64,000 nucleotides of DNA. Source: Bradymonadia bacterium (GTDB taxonomy: Bacteria > Myxococcota_A > Bradymonadia > UBA7976 > UBA1532). How positions within the stretch are numbered: the first letter of the stretch is position 1; each line of letters begins with the position of its first letter. This document shows positions 1 to 9,305 of this stretch, piece after piece. The position numbers and the translations under genes were made by a program. The stretch spans positions 224,001 through 288,000 of the forward strand of contig JBKAGE010000078.1 of NCBI GenBank assembly GCA_046290225.1, written 5' to 3'. A model generated the notes under the pieces. It was given only the letters and a program-made list of their open reading frames with translations. It was not told the origin of the DNA and made no database searches.

Positions 1-928
1 GGAAAGAGGGTGTCAGTGATCCCGGTGCTCGAGTGTCGTAGTGACCCCAGAACTGCAGGTTGACCACATAGTCGGCGATGACCAGGGTGCTGCCATCTCG
101 AACCGCGAGATCACCCCCCTGGACCGTGAGCTCCCGCCGCACCAGGTCCGACTTGCGGGGCAAGTCGGGATCAGCCTGGAGGGCGTATTCCACCACCTCG
201 ATGGGGTTCACGGTGCAATCACCCGTGCACAAGACATCCTGGATGCACGGCCCCGTGCTCAGGGCGTCATTGTTCGCGAGGGTGATGGTGGCCGGCAGCC
301 CGGCGCCGTTGAACTGCACCGCGGTGATGGGCACCAGATCGATCATGGGGGGGTTGGCCTGCAGTGTATGAATGAGCAGGTAGCGACCCGGCACGAACAT
401 CGACTCGAAGCGCGCCGCGCTGTTCATGATGGCTCGACCCGTGATGGTGCTCTGCTGATCTGCGGCGGCGACGACGACCTGGTTGCCGTTGATGCTCTGG
501 GTCTTCAGCGGGTTCCCTGACGAAGCATCCCTGAGCAACCGCAGGCGATCCGGGTTGAACGGTTCGTCTTCGTTGAGGAAGCCTGGGGCGTTCGCGTCGT
601 CGTCGAACAACCTGACCGCCGAGATGCCCTCTTCAGGCCGGCAAAACAGGTTGGCCTCGGGGTTGTTCCAGCTGTTCGGATCCCCGGAGATGATTGTGTT
701 GCGGCCGGCATTGCGCAGGTCGTTCTTGACGAATTCCACGGCAAAGCGCACCGACTCCTGCATCTGCACCACCTGCTCCTGCAAGTAGTACTGTCGAGCG
801 TTGTTGATGAAGACGAAGTAGATGGACATCAACACCACCGCCGCGAGGAGCACTGAGACGAGCAGCTCCACGAGGGTGAACCCTCGAGCGCCCTGGAGAC
901 GGGCTGGTGAACGTCGAGTCATGATCAT
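1..928 (-). CDS. PilW-like type IV minor pilin (partial, runs off the left edge)
   Basis: Read by hand, not in the ORF track: MIMTRRSPARLQGARG|FTLVELLVSVLLAAVVLMSIYFVF... has a class III signal with E5; QEQVVQMQESVRFAVEFVKNDLRNAG is typical of PilW; ATGA overlap with the upstream gene. Confidence 0.8.
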   Translation of the reverse strand, partial: MIMTRRSPARLQGARGFTLVELLVSVLLAAVVLMSIYFVFINNARQYYLQEQVVQMQESVRFAVEFVKNDLRNAGRNTIISGDPNSWNNPEANLFCRPEEGISAVRLFDDDANAPGFLNEDEPFNPDRLRLLRDASSGNPLKTQSINGNQVVVAAADQQSTITGRAIMNSAARFESMFVPGRYLLIHTLQANPPMIDLVPITAVQFNGAGLPATITLANNDALSTGPCIQDVLCTGDCTVNPIEVVEYALQADPDLPRKSDLVRRELTVQGGDLAVRDGSTLVIADYVVNLQFWGHYDTRAPGSLTPSF

Positions 929-1482
929 GTTCCCGGTTGATGGAATCGAAGCGTGATGGGCAATGTCACCGAGCGAATGACGTTGTTGGCGCTCGGGCGG
1001 CCATCGAAGCCATTGGCGTTGGCCTCGGCACACACCCCTTCGAGGGTGGCTCTGTCCTGAGGATCCCAGGACCACATGACCCGGACACGACCATTCATGA
1101 GGCCCTGGTAGGGTGCTGCGGCGATGGGCGACAACCAGTAATGCACACAGAACCGCTGTCGACGCAGATCGCTGCCGGTGTCGGCGTCGAGGATGAGATC
1201 GTTGTGATCCAGGGGCTCGTCCGAGAACGTGTGCCATGTCCCGTCGGACCGCGACAGAAAGGGCGCAGGCGGCGCATCTCGAACGGTCCAGTTGTGGCTG
1301 CTCTGCCGCAGGATCTCTGCATATCGCTCGGCGAGGTTGATGGCGGCGGAGAAGTCCTTGGCCGAGACGTTGCCCTGAATGGTGCTCAGCTGCATCGAAA
1401 AGACCGCGGCAAAGCCGATGGCGGAGACCGCCACGGCGATGAGCGTCTCGATGACAGTGTAGCCCTTCTGAAAGCGCTTCAT
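925..1482 (-). CDS. PilV-like type IV minor pilin
   Basis: QKG|YTVIETLIAVAV prepilin cleavage motif; position between FimU-like and PilW-like genes. Confidence 0.75.
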   Translation of the reverse strand: MKRFQKGYTVIETLIAVAVSAIGFAAVFSMQLSTIQGNVSAKDFSAAINLAERYAEILRQSSHNWTVRDAPPAPFLSRSDGTWHTFSDEPLDHNDLILDADTGSDLRRQRFCVHYWLSPIAAAPYQGLMNGRVRVMWSWDPQDRATLEGVCAEANANGFDGRPSANNVIRSVTLPITLRFHQPGT

Positions 1483-2159
1483 GCCCCGCTCTCCATTCTC
1501 AGACGCGCGGGCCCGGCGAAGGGGATCATGATGCCCCGTGCGGGGCCGGCGATGTCTCCGGCCGGTGTGAAACGCTGCAGTCGCAGCTCCAGTGCACCTG
1601 CTCGGTTGGCATCTTCGCCAGGGGGGAACGGCTCGAGCGTGTGGGCATTGAGGATGGCCCCATCTGGTTTGAGGCAGATGAAGACCCGACCACCATCGAG
1701 GGCCGCCTCGGGGATCACGGTGGCGAAGCCGATGCTCTCGTCTTTGTCGAGCCCAAAGCGGCGCTCATTGTCGAAGCTGGGTGAGAGGCCGTAGGTGGCT
1801 CGGACCACCACATTCTCGAGGTCGTCTTCTTGATCGACGGCGGCCCTGCACGAGGAGGTGAGGGCCTCGACCACCCGAAGCTCGCCCAGAGGCTCGTCTT
1901 CGCTGAAGCTCGAGATGCTCACGAGGTGGGCTCGATTCCGACGACGAGCGCGATCCTTCATCTCGTTGAGCAAGTGGCTGGTGTGAGAGACCACCCCAGT
2001 GGCCCGATCTCGCTCTCCGAGGTTACGGAGTGTGGGGTAGGTCACCATGGAGAGCAGGCCGAGGATGGCCACCACGATGGCCAGCTCCACCATGGTCAGG
2101 CCCTTGGGCTGCACGCGACGCGTGTCAGCTCTGCAGGTGTGATGACGTTGTTGCCTCAA
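1479..2159 (-). CDS. FimT/FimU-like type IV minor pilin
   Basis: PKG|LTMVELAIVVAIL prepilin motif; TTG start after AGAGGGA SD. Confidence 0.75.
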   Translation of the reverse strand: MRQQRHHTCRADTRRVQPKGLTMVELAIVVAILGLLSMVTYPTLRNLGERDRATGVVSHTSHLLNEMKDRARRRNRAHLVSISSFSEDEPLGELRVVEALTSSCRAAVDQEDDLENVVVRATYGLSPSFDNERRFGLDKDESIGFATVIPEAALDGGRVFICLKPDGAILNAHTLEPFPPGEDANRAGALELRLQRFTPAGDIAGPARGIMIPFAGPARLRMESGA

Positions 2160-2201
2160 TGGTCCCTCTTCGTCGTACGGCTCTCCCGGAGCCAGGTCAG
2201 C

Positions 2202-2216
2202 GCAAGTTCCGTGCCG
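2202..2216 (-). promoter_or_regulatory. sigma54 (-24/-12) promoter of the minor pilin operon
   Basis: Minus strand CGGCACGGAACTTGC matches YGGCACG-N4-TTGC, about 45 nt upstream of the start. Confidence 0.75.
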
Positions 2217-2346
2217 TATACAGTCGTCGGCTCATTGCCCGGGACGCCAGAAGTTTTTCGGCATCTGGTCCTGACGCCGCTATGAAATTTTTGCGTAACC
2301 AGCGAATGATTGCGCAGTGCAGGGGGCTCTCCTTAGGATACCGGCC

Positions 2347-3729
2347 ATGCCTGCCCACCTCGGGGCCCGCCCCCTACAGATGGCCACGTGCCTGTTGCTG
2401 TCGATGGTGCCCTTCCGAGGCGCGCTGAGCCAGACCCCTGCCCCTGGCGATGCCGCTGCAGGTGGAGTGGTCTGGCACACGCACGGGCAAATCTGGGTGG
2501 ACGCCACACGTTGGCGATCTCCCCATCGCAGGGAGATCCAGGACACGACGGTGGTGCGCCACCGATTGCGCTTCGGCGCTTACAACCTCATCGAGGGTGA
2601 GCCTCGGCGTGCCCGCCTTGAGGTGGACCTCGAAATCGGCGCCGACCTGGGTCCCCCAGGTTCTGAGGTCGATGCTCTGCCGTACACCCGCCGCGCCACC
2701 TTCGACCTGCGCTCGGCTCAGCTGCAGCTGGAAGACATCGTGGGGCCCATCAGCCTCTCCGCTGGGCGTCTGCAGCTCTTCGACCCTGCAGGCTTCGATG
2801 CCCTCGACGGCGCCCGGGTGACCGTGGCGCTGCCCCATGTTCATGTGCATGGCGCTGGCGGCTGGGCCGCTCATCGTCGAACCTGGGGGGCCGGACCCGA
2901 CCAGCCCACGCCCGAGGGTGTGCTGCCTGATCCTGCCGGGCGGCTCTACGGCCTCGGTTTCCACACGCAAAAATTGCCGGGCGTTCAGCTTCAAGGGGCA
3001 TGGCGACAGCGGGTCGATGGCGACGGACGAATCGAGCGCTCCCTCGCGGGTGCTCAGCTCGTACTGGGCGCCCTCGGGCCGGTGAGCTTGCAGAGCCGCG
3101 GCACCTGGGATCTGTACTTGAAGCAGCCTGTGGAGCTCTCTGCAGGTGCCGATGCAACCGTGTCGGATCTCTTGACGCTCTCCACCACAGTGCGGAGGCG
3201 CCGGCCGATCTACGCCGCCTCGAGCATCTGGTCCGCCTTCGACCCTCGACCCTTCGACGCGCTCTCGGCCCAGGGCCAGCTCTCCACAGAGCGATGGCGC
3301 GGTCGCCTCAGCGCCGACCTCAGGCAATATGCTGATGACGGCCGTGGGCAAGCAGTGCGCTTCGACGGTCAGCGGCTCATGGGAGCAGTCGAGGCTCCAG
3401 GCCACGTAGGGGTGTGGAGTCAACTCACCTGGGGCCACGGGGGTGCCCAGCTCCGAGGGGATCTCAATGGCGCAGTCCCCTTCCTCTTTGAGCGTGGAGA
3501 GCCGCCTGTCTGGCTCCGCGGTCGGATAGGCGTCGTGCACAGCGCCGGTGACGACACCCTCTCAAGGGTGGCCGAGTGGTCGGGCACGAGTGGCTGGCTG
3601 CTCATGGCCCTGAGATGGCCTGCATCGGAGACCGCCCACATCGAATGTGTCGCCGAGAGCCATCACAGCGCCTTCACGCCTGCCCGCATGCGCGTAATGG
3701 CCCGCATCGTAGCGGAGGAGTGGCTGTGA
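2347..3729 (+). CDS. Putative outer-membrane beta-barrel protein coupled to a multiheme cytochrome
   Basis: Signal-like N-terminus and many alternating-polarity beta strands (ARLEVDLEIG, RWRGRLSADL, RMRVMARIVAEEWL); stop overlaps the cytochrome start; start uncertain (2317/2347/2380). Confidence 0.55.
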   Translation: MPAHLGARPLQMATCLLLSMVPFRGALSQTPAPGDAAAGGVVWHTHGQIWVDATRWRSPHRREIQDTTVVRHRLRFGAYNLIEGEPRRARLEVDLEIGADLGPPGSEVDALPYTRRATFDLRSAQLQLEDIVGPISLSAGRLQLFDPAGFDALDGARVTVALPHVHVHGAGGWAAHRRTWGAGPDQPTPEGVLPDPAGRLYGLGFHTQKLPGVQLQGAWRQRVDGDGRIERSLAGAQLVLGALGPVSLQSRGTWDLYLKQPVELSAGADATVSDLLTLSTTVRRRRPIYAASSIWSAFDPRPFDALSAQGQLSTERWRGRLSADLRQYADDGRGQAVRFDGQRLMGAVEAPGHVGVWSQLTWGHGGAQLRGDLNGAVPFLFERGEPPVWLRGRIGVVHSAGDDTLSRVAEWSGTSGWLLMALRWPASETAHIECVAESHHSAFTPARMRVMARIVAEEWL

Positions 3730-4928
3730 ACCGGATCCTGCTCTGCCTGAGCATCGCGCTCGTCTGTCCGGGCCCGACATATGCCCAGCACGGCGAGGTC
3801 CCCGCGGCGTCGCAGCCATCGCTGAAGGCGCCGGGGTTCGGCACGCCCGTCATCGTGGAGCCACTGCGGGCCACGGCTCCGGAGATGGTGGTGCCTGGTG
3901 CTTCAGCCCGTGGCAGGGATCCCCGTCGAGTGATGTATCCATCCAAGGCATCCAGCTTTGATCATGTGGCTCATCGTGCAGGCGGTGAGTCGACTCGATG
4001 CCTGACCTGCCACGGTGCCGCCCTCACAGGGGCCCATGCGTCTTCGATGTCGCCTAAGGGAGCCCCCAATCCAGCCCTGCAAGCGCAAGTGAAATTCGAC
4101 CACAGCCTGCACCATCGACAAGGCATTGCCTGTGCGCGCTGCCATGGCGGCATAGATGGCACCTCAGCGCGGCCCGCGGGTGTGGGTCCAGACCATTTGC
4201 CCGACATGTCCTTGTGCCTTGGGTGTCATGAAGACTGGGCCTCGGACCGGGTGGCCTTCCAATGTGGTCGGTGTCACCTCACGGATCCTGGTGGCCGGGT
4301 GCTCACCGATCTGCCCTCCGGACAGTTCGTGCCTGTGGGCCGATATGGGTACGGCGATCACCGTCTGGGCTTCGACACAGGCCACGGACCGCTCGCCCTG
4401 GCCCACCCGGACAGGTGCGAGACCTGCCATGCCCCCGCTCGATGCCAGACCTGCCACACCGGCTCGATCAGACCCGTCAGCCAGCACCCCGCGGACTACC
4501 TCATGCATCACGGCCCCGACGCCCGGCGCAATGATCCGGAGTGCAGCACCTGCCATCGGGTCAGCATCGATTGCGTGGGCTGCCACCTGCGCAGTGGCCT
4601 TGGCGATGCCACGGCAGGCCCCCTGGCCTATGGCGCCGACGGGGTGGCCCGGGGCAGTTATCACAGCGCAACGTTCGTCGGTCGCCCGGGGGATCCGCCA
4701 GGGCCAGATCATCATCGACACGAGGCGCGCCGCAACCTCGACGCCTGCGTCAGCTGTCACAGCGAGCAGAGCTGCATGCGGTGTCACAGCACAGGCGCCC
4801 CGTCTGGCCTGAGAGCCAGCCCCCACGCCGACACGGCGAATCTGTGCGCCGGCCCGTGGCGACTCAACCCCACGGGCTGCTTGAAGTGCCACACTGATGC
4901 TGCTGGCCTTGAACGCCTGTGCCCTTGA
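3726..4928 (+). CDS. Secreted multiheme c-type cytochrome (11 CxxCH)
   Basis: CLTCH, CARCH, CLGCH, CGRCH, CETCH, CQTCH, CSTCH, CVGCH, CVSCH, CMRCH, CLKCH; signal peptide from GTG 3726 (GTGA overlap). Confidence 0.9.
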   Translation: MNRILLCLSIALVCPGPTYAQHGEVPAASQPSLKAPGFGTPVIVEPLRATAPEMVVPGASARGRDPRRVMYPSKASSFDHVAHRAGGESTRCLTCHGAALTGAHASSMSPKGAPNPALQAQVKFDHSLHHRQGIACARCHGGIDGTSARPAGVGPDHLPDMSLCLGCHEDWASDRVAFQCGRCHLTDPGGRVLTDLPSGQFVPVGRYGYGDHRLGFDTGHGPLALAHPDRCETCHAPARCQTCHTGSIRPVSQHPADYLMHHGPDARRNDPECSTCHRVSIDCVGCHLRSGLGDATAGPLAYGADGVARGSYHSATFVGRPGDPPGPDHHRHEARRNLDACVSCHSEQSCMRCHSTGAPSGLRASPHADTANLCAGPWRLNPTGCLKCHTDAAGLERLCP

Positions 4929-4985
4929 GCAGTGCTACCCTTGAGCAATACTGCCCTTGAGCAGAGATGCCCCTCGATCAAGATG
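4922..4985. repeat. 16-bp period tandem repeat (3 good copies, 1 degenerate)
   Basis: cccttgagcagtgcta / cccttgagcaatactg / cccttgagcagagatg / cccctcgatcaagatg. Confidence 0.8.
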
Positions 4986-5050
4986 ATCATTGGGCCTGAG
5001 ATGCTGTTGTCGTAGGGTACGAGGATCGAACAGCCATTGGATGATCATCG

Positions 5051-6247
5051 GTGCGCAACGAGACACATGAACGAGCGGGCTCGAGACGACACAGCGTGCG
5101 CACGTCACTGCTGAGCGTGGGCCTGCTGAGCGTGGGCCTGCTGTGGGGTTGTGGCGCGGAAGACGAGACGGCCCCAGTCTACGCGGACCCGGGCCAGACC
5201 TGCCCCACCATCGCCGAGCAGGCGCCCCAGCTGACGGTCCTGCTCGAAGACGATGCGCTCCCGGGCATCTCCCGAGTCATGGGCGAAATCGTCTCCGACG
5301 ATCAGCTTGCGGCTGCGCTCGACGGCACGCTTCGCCTGATGGCCCGGCTCACCGAAGAGGAGATCAGCAACCTCGTGGCCATCGCGGGACACCCCTCGCT
5401 CTCTGGTGCGACCCACCAGCTCGAGAGCATGTTGCACATCATGCAATCGGGCCCCGAGGGTCTACGCAGCGATGTGCTCGAGGAGATCCAGTTTCTGCTG
5501 CAAACCTGCGAGGGCGGTCGAACCTTCGACGCCCTCGGCGGGCTCTTCGACGCCCCTGAGATCCCTCAGGCGCTCAACGCGCTGGGCGCCGCGCTCAAGC
5601 TGCCCGAGATCCAAGCCCTGCTCTCCGGAGAGGGCCCGGACCCATCGGTGCTGGGCCGCGCAGGCTTCAACGCCATCGTGGGCAACATGCTGCTCAAGCT
5701 CACCGAGCCCGGCTACGACTTCGACGCCGACGTTCGGCGCCCTCTGGCCGAGCTCGGGGTGCTCCCCCTCGACACCCCGCCCCTGCTCACCCTGATGGAC
5801 GCCCTGAGCGGCGTCATGTCGCCTGAGCGTGGGGTGCAGCGTGCTCTCTCTGACCTGGTGTGTTGCGGCTTCTATGGCACCCCGACGTGCTCCACCGGGG
5901 GTACTCTGCGGGACAGCCCGCCCATCTTGAGAAACCTGGGGTACGACCTGCTCCTCGCCCAAAGTGTGGCCCCCACCTCGCCCACCAACACAGACTTGTT
6001 CGAGGCCCTCGGCGTGCTCGCCGGTGATCCGATCATCTCGGCGGCCCTTCAGCCGCTGAACACAGTCCTCGATCAGATGGCTGAAGATGCCGACCTGCGG
6101 GCCGCCCTCGTCGACATGATGGTCACGATTTTGGAGCCCGAGAACATGGCGTTGATGCTGCCGGATCTCGAGCACATGATCAGCGCCGGCGCCGCGGATG
6201 AGCTCTTCGGCCTGTTCGGCCTCTTCACGGGCACGTGTACGCCATGA
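5051..6247 (+). CDS. Hypothetical alpha-helical lipoprotein
   Basis: Lipobox LWGC after a hydrophobic stretch; acidic and Leu-rich; stop overlaps the FadL-like start. Confidence 0.65.
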   Translation: MRNETHERAGSRRHSVRTSLLSVGLLSVGLLWGCGAEDETAPVYADPGQTCPTIAEQAPQLTVLLEDDALPGISRVMGEIVSDDQLAAALDGTLRLMARLTEEEISNLVAIAGHPSLSGATHQLESMLHIMQSGPEGLRSDVLEEIQFLLQTCEGGRTFDALGGLFDAPEIPQALNALGAALKLPEIQALLSGEGPDPSVLGRAGFNAIVGNMLLKLTEPGYDFDADVRRPLAELGVLPLDTPPLLTLMDALSGVMSPERGVQRALSDLVCCGFYGTPTCSTGGTLRDSPPILRNLGYDLLLAQSVAPTSPTNTDLFEALGVLAGDPIISAALQPLNTVLDQMAEDADLRAALVDMMVTILEPENMALMLPDLEHMISAGAADELFGLFGLFTGTCTP

Positions 6248-7566
6248 TGAACCGGTTGCCTCTCGTCGCCCTCGGGGCGCTCCTCTGCGCGACCCCTGCC
6301 CAGGCCTCTGTGCTCGAGATCTTCGGCTTCAGCGCGCGGGGTACGGCCATGGGCAGCGCCCAGACCGCCGCGGCCAACGACTACACCGCCACCTTCTACA
6401 ACCCCGCGGCGCTCACGGTGCCCAAGCGCGTCATCGTCGGCGCGGGGGTCGTGGGTATGCTGCCTCGCCTCACCGTCGATCGGGACTTCAGCCAGATCAA
6501 CCAGCGAGACATCGAGGCCAGCTACCCCGGAGACGCCGGGGGCTTCACCCTCGGCGCCCTGTTCCCTCTCGGCGGCCTCATCGACAACCGCGTCGCCGTG
6601 GGTGTAGGGGTCTATGTGCCCACCCTGGCCCTCGTGCGGGGTGAGGGTGTGGACAGCCAGCGGCCACAGTTCTATCGCTACGAAAACCTGCCCGACAAAT
6701 ATGTGCTGCTCACATCCGTGGCCTTCGAATTCACCGACTGGATCTCCATCGGCATCGGCGCTCAGGTCCTCGCCCAACTCAACGGCGCAGTGCTGGCGCA
6801 GATCGACGTGCCCAACGGGCGGGTGAACTCCAGACAAATCGAAGTAGAGCTGCGACCCACTGCGGCCCCCGTGGCGGGGGTGCATGTGCGGCCCACGTCG
6901 AACCTCAGCTTTGGCCTGTCGTGGCGCGGCAACGTGCAGCTCGACTACGGCCTGCCGGCAGAGATCCAGCTCGAGGAGCTGCTCAGCCTCGACCTGCAGC
7001 TCGGCGGCACGGTGCTCTACCACCCCGACATCGTCACCCTCGGCGCCGCGTGGCAGATCTCCGACGACTGGCTCACCTCGCTCGACGTCAGCTACGCATG
7101 GTGGTCCGGCGCCCCTGATCCGTCGCCCCGCCTCGCCCTCGACATCAGCGGCACGCTCGTCGACGGGCTGGGCCTCGAAGAGCGCCTGGACGGCGGCTCT
7201 GGCAACCCCATCGATCTGTCGTTCAAAGATGTGCCCCAGGTGCGCCTGGGCGTGGAACACACCCCCATCGACGCCCTGGCCATTCGAGCAGGCTATAGCT
7301 GGCGGCCCACGCCGGCGCCGATCCCTTCTGGCGCCTTCAACTACATCGACACCGACGCCCACATCGTCTCTCTGGGCCTCGGCGTGGTGTTCCAGGACCC
7401 CCTCGAGATCAGGCGCAACCCCATCCACCTCGACGCGGTCTATCAGGGCACCGTGATGGCCTCCACCCGGGTGGACAAAGCCGCCGGCACTCGGGATCCC
7501 GTGGGCGGATATGACGCCGGGGGCGTCGTGCACTTCATCGGGCTCACCTTCCGCCACGATCTCTGA
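6244..7566 (+). CDS. FadL/OmpP1-family outer-membrane transporter
   Basis: FGFSARGTAMGSAQTA...TFYNPAAL hatch motif; beta-barrel with RLGVEH, IRAGY, LGLG strands. Confidence 0.85.
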   Translation: MMNRLPLVALGALLCATPAQASVLEIFGFSARGTAMGSAQTAAANDYTATFYNPAALTVPKRVIVGAGVVGMLPRLTVDRDFSQINQRDIEASYPGDAGGFTLGALFPLGGLIDNRVAVGVGVYVPTLALVRGEGVDSQRPQFYRYENLPDKYVLLTSVAFEFTDWISIGIGAQVLAQLNGAVLAQIDVPNGRVNSRQIEVELRPTAAPVAGVHVRPTSNLSFGLSWRGNVQLDYGLPAEIQLEELLSLDLQLGGTVLYHPDIVTLGAAWQISDDWLTSLDVSYAWWSGAPDPSPRLALDISGTLVDGLGLEERLDGGSGNPIDLSFKDVPQVRLGVEHTPIDALAIRAGYSWRPTPAPIPSGAFNYIDTDAHIVSLGLGVVFQDPLEIRRNPIHLDAVYQGTVMASTRVDKAAGTRDPVGGYDAGGVVHFIGLTFRHDL

Positions 7567-7675
7567 GCGCGGCCCACGGCGGCCCGCCGCCGAACGAGAT
7601 CCGTGCACACATCATGGGGGCGCGGTATAACCCCCGCCGAATTCCCTAGAGAGTCCCTTTCGAGAAGGAGCCCCC

Positions 7676-9268
7676 ATGACCACCCCCGCAGAGCTGAAGC
7701 GGGAGCTGGAGCGGCGACGCACGTTCGCCATCATCAGCCACCCTGACGCCGGCAAGACCACCATCACCGAGAAGCTGCTGCTCTTCGGGGGTGCCATTCA
7801 GACCGCCGGCGCCGTGCGGGCCAAACGCAACGCCCAGCACACCACATCCGACTTCATGAAGATGGAGCGGGAGCGCGGCATCTCGATCTCCACGGCGGTC
7901 ATGAGCTTCGACTACAAGGGTCGAAACGTGAACCTGCTCGACACCCCGGGCCACGCCGACTTCAGCGAGGACACCTACCGGGTGCTCACCGCCGTGGACT
8001 CGTCGCTCATGGTGCTCGACGGCGCCAAGGGCGTAGAGCAGCGGACCATGGCCCTCATGGACGTCTGCCGCATGCGGGACACCCCGGTGATGACCTTCAC
8101 CAACAAGTTCGACCGGGACTGCCTCGATCCCTTCGATCTGCTCGACGATGTGGAGAAGAAGCTGGGCATAACGTGTTGCCCCATCACCTGGCCCATCGGC
8201 ATGGGCAAGGATTTCCAGGGGGTCTACGATCTCGTGGGCAAGCGGGTGGTGTTCTACGAGGCCGCCTCCCGTGGCCGCATGAACGAGATCGTCGAGCTTC
8301 AAGATCCTGACGACGCCGCCCTGGACGATCTCATCGGCGAGCAGCTCGCCGAGAAGCTCCGAGAAGACCTCATGCTCATCGAGGCCCTTGATCCCTTTGA
8401 TCGAGAGGCATATCTGAAGGGCCTGCAGACGCCGGTCTTCTTCGGCAGCGCCATCAACAACTTCGGGGTCCGGGAGCTGCTGGACCACTTCGTGGAGTAC
8501 GCCCCCCAGCCTCAGGCCCGGGCCACCGATCAGCGCACCGTCGAGCCCAACGAGGAGAAGCTCTCGGGCTTCGTCTTCAAGATCCAGGCGAACCTCGACC
8601 CCGCCCACCGGGATCGCATGGCCTTCATGCGCATCACCTCGGGGAAGTACGAGCGGGGCATGAAGCTGTTCCACGTACGCACCGGGCGGCAGATGGCGAT
8701 CCACAACGCCACCACCTTCCTCGCTCGGGATCGCACCGTCACTGAAGAGGCGTGGCCCGGCGACATCATCGGCCTGCACAACCACGGCGCCATCCGGATC
8801 GGCGACACCTTCACCCTCGGCGAGAAGGTGAAGTTCACCGGCATCCCCTCCTTCGCGCCGGAGCTGTTCCGCCGTGCCATTTTGCGGGATCCGCTGAAGT
8901 CGAAGGCCCTGGCCAAGGGGCTCAAGGAGCTTTCAGAAGAAGGCGCCGCTCAGCTGTTCCGCCCCATCGACGGCACCGAGTACATCATCGGCGCCCTCGG
9001 GGTGCTGCAGTTCGACGTCATCCGCAGCCGCCTGGAGAACGAGTATCGGGTGCGTGCAGAGTTCGAAGCGGTGCCTTACACCGCCATGCGCTGGCTCGCC
9101 TGCGACGACGACAAGAAGCTGGACACCTTCATCAGCCAGAACCGGGCCCGCATCTTCCGCGACGTGATGGATCAGCCCGTGTTCCTCGCCAACAGCGACT
9201 GGGCCATCAACTACGCGTCGGAGAATCACCCCGACGTGGTCTTCATGAAGACGATGGAGATTCAGTAG
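7676..9268 (+). CDS. prfC: Peptide chain release factor 3
   Basis: RRRTFAIISHPDAGKTTITEKLLL, DTPGHADFSEDTYR, GIPSFAPELF. Confidence 0.98.
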   Translation: MTTPAELKRELERRRTFAIISHPDAGKTTITEKLLLFGGAIQTAGAVRAKRNAQHTTSDFMKMERERGISISTAVMSFDYKGRNVNLLDTPGHADFSEDTYRVLTAVDSSLMVLDGAKGVEQRTMALMDVCRMRDTPVMTFTNKFDRDCLDPFDLLDDVEKKLGITCCPITWPIGMGKDFQGVYDLVGKRVVFYEAASRGRMNEIVELQDPDDAALDDLIGEQLAEKLREDLMLIEALDPFDREAYLKGLQTPVFFGSAINNFGVRELLDHFVEYAPQPQARATDQRTVEPNEEKLSGFVFKIQANLDPAHRDRMAFMRITSGKYERGMKLFHVRTGRQMAIHNATTFLARDRTVTEEAWPGDIIGLHNHGAIRIGDTFTLGEKVKFTGIPSFAPELFRRAILRDPLKSKALAKGLKELSEEGAAQLFRPIDGTEYIIGALGVLQFDVIRSRLENEYRVRAEFEAVPYTAMRWLACDDDKKLDTFISQNRARIFRDVMDQPVFLANSDWAINYASENHPDVVFMKTMEIQ

Positions 9269-9273
9269 CCCCT

Positions 9274-9305
9274 CTGCTCGTCGGCCCTGCTCGTCGGCCC
9301 TGCTC
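9274..9305. repeat. 13-bp tandem repeat (about 2.5 copies) between convergent prfC and murJ
   Basis: ctgctcgtcggcc x2 plus ctgctc. Confidence 0.7.

Noticed and set aside
4922..4985. Possible mini-CRISPR
   Set aside because: A 10-nt core with 6-nt spacers is far too short, and no cas genes are in the window.
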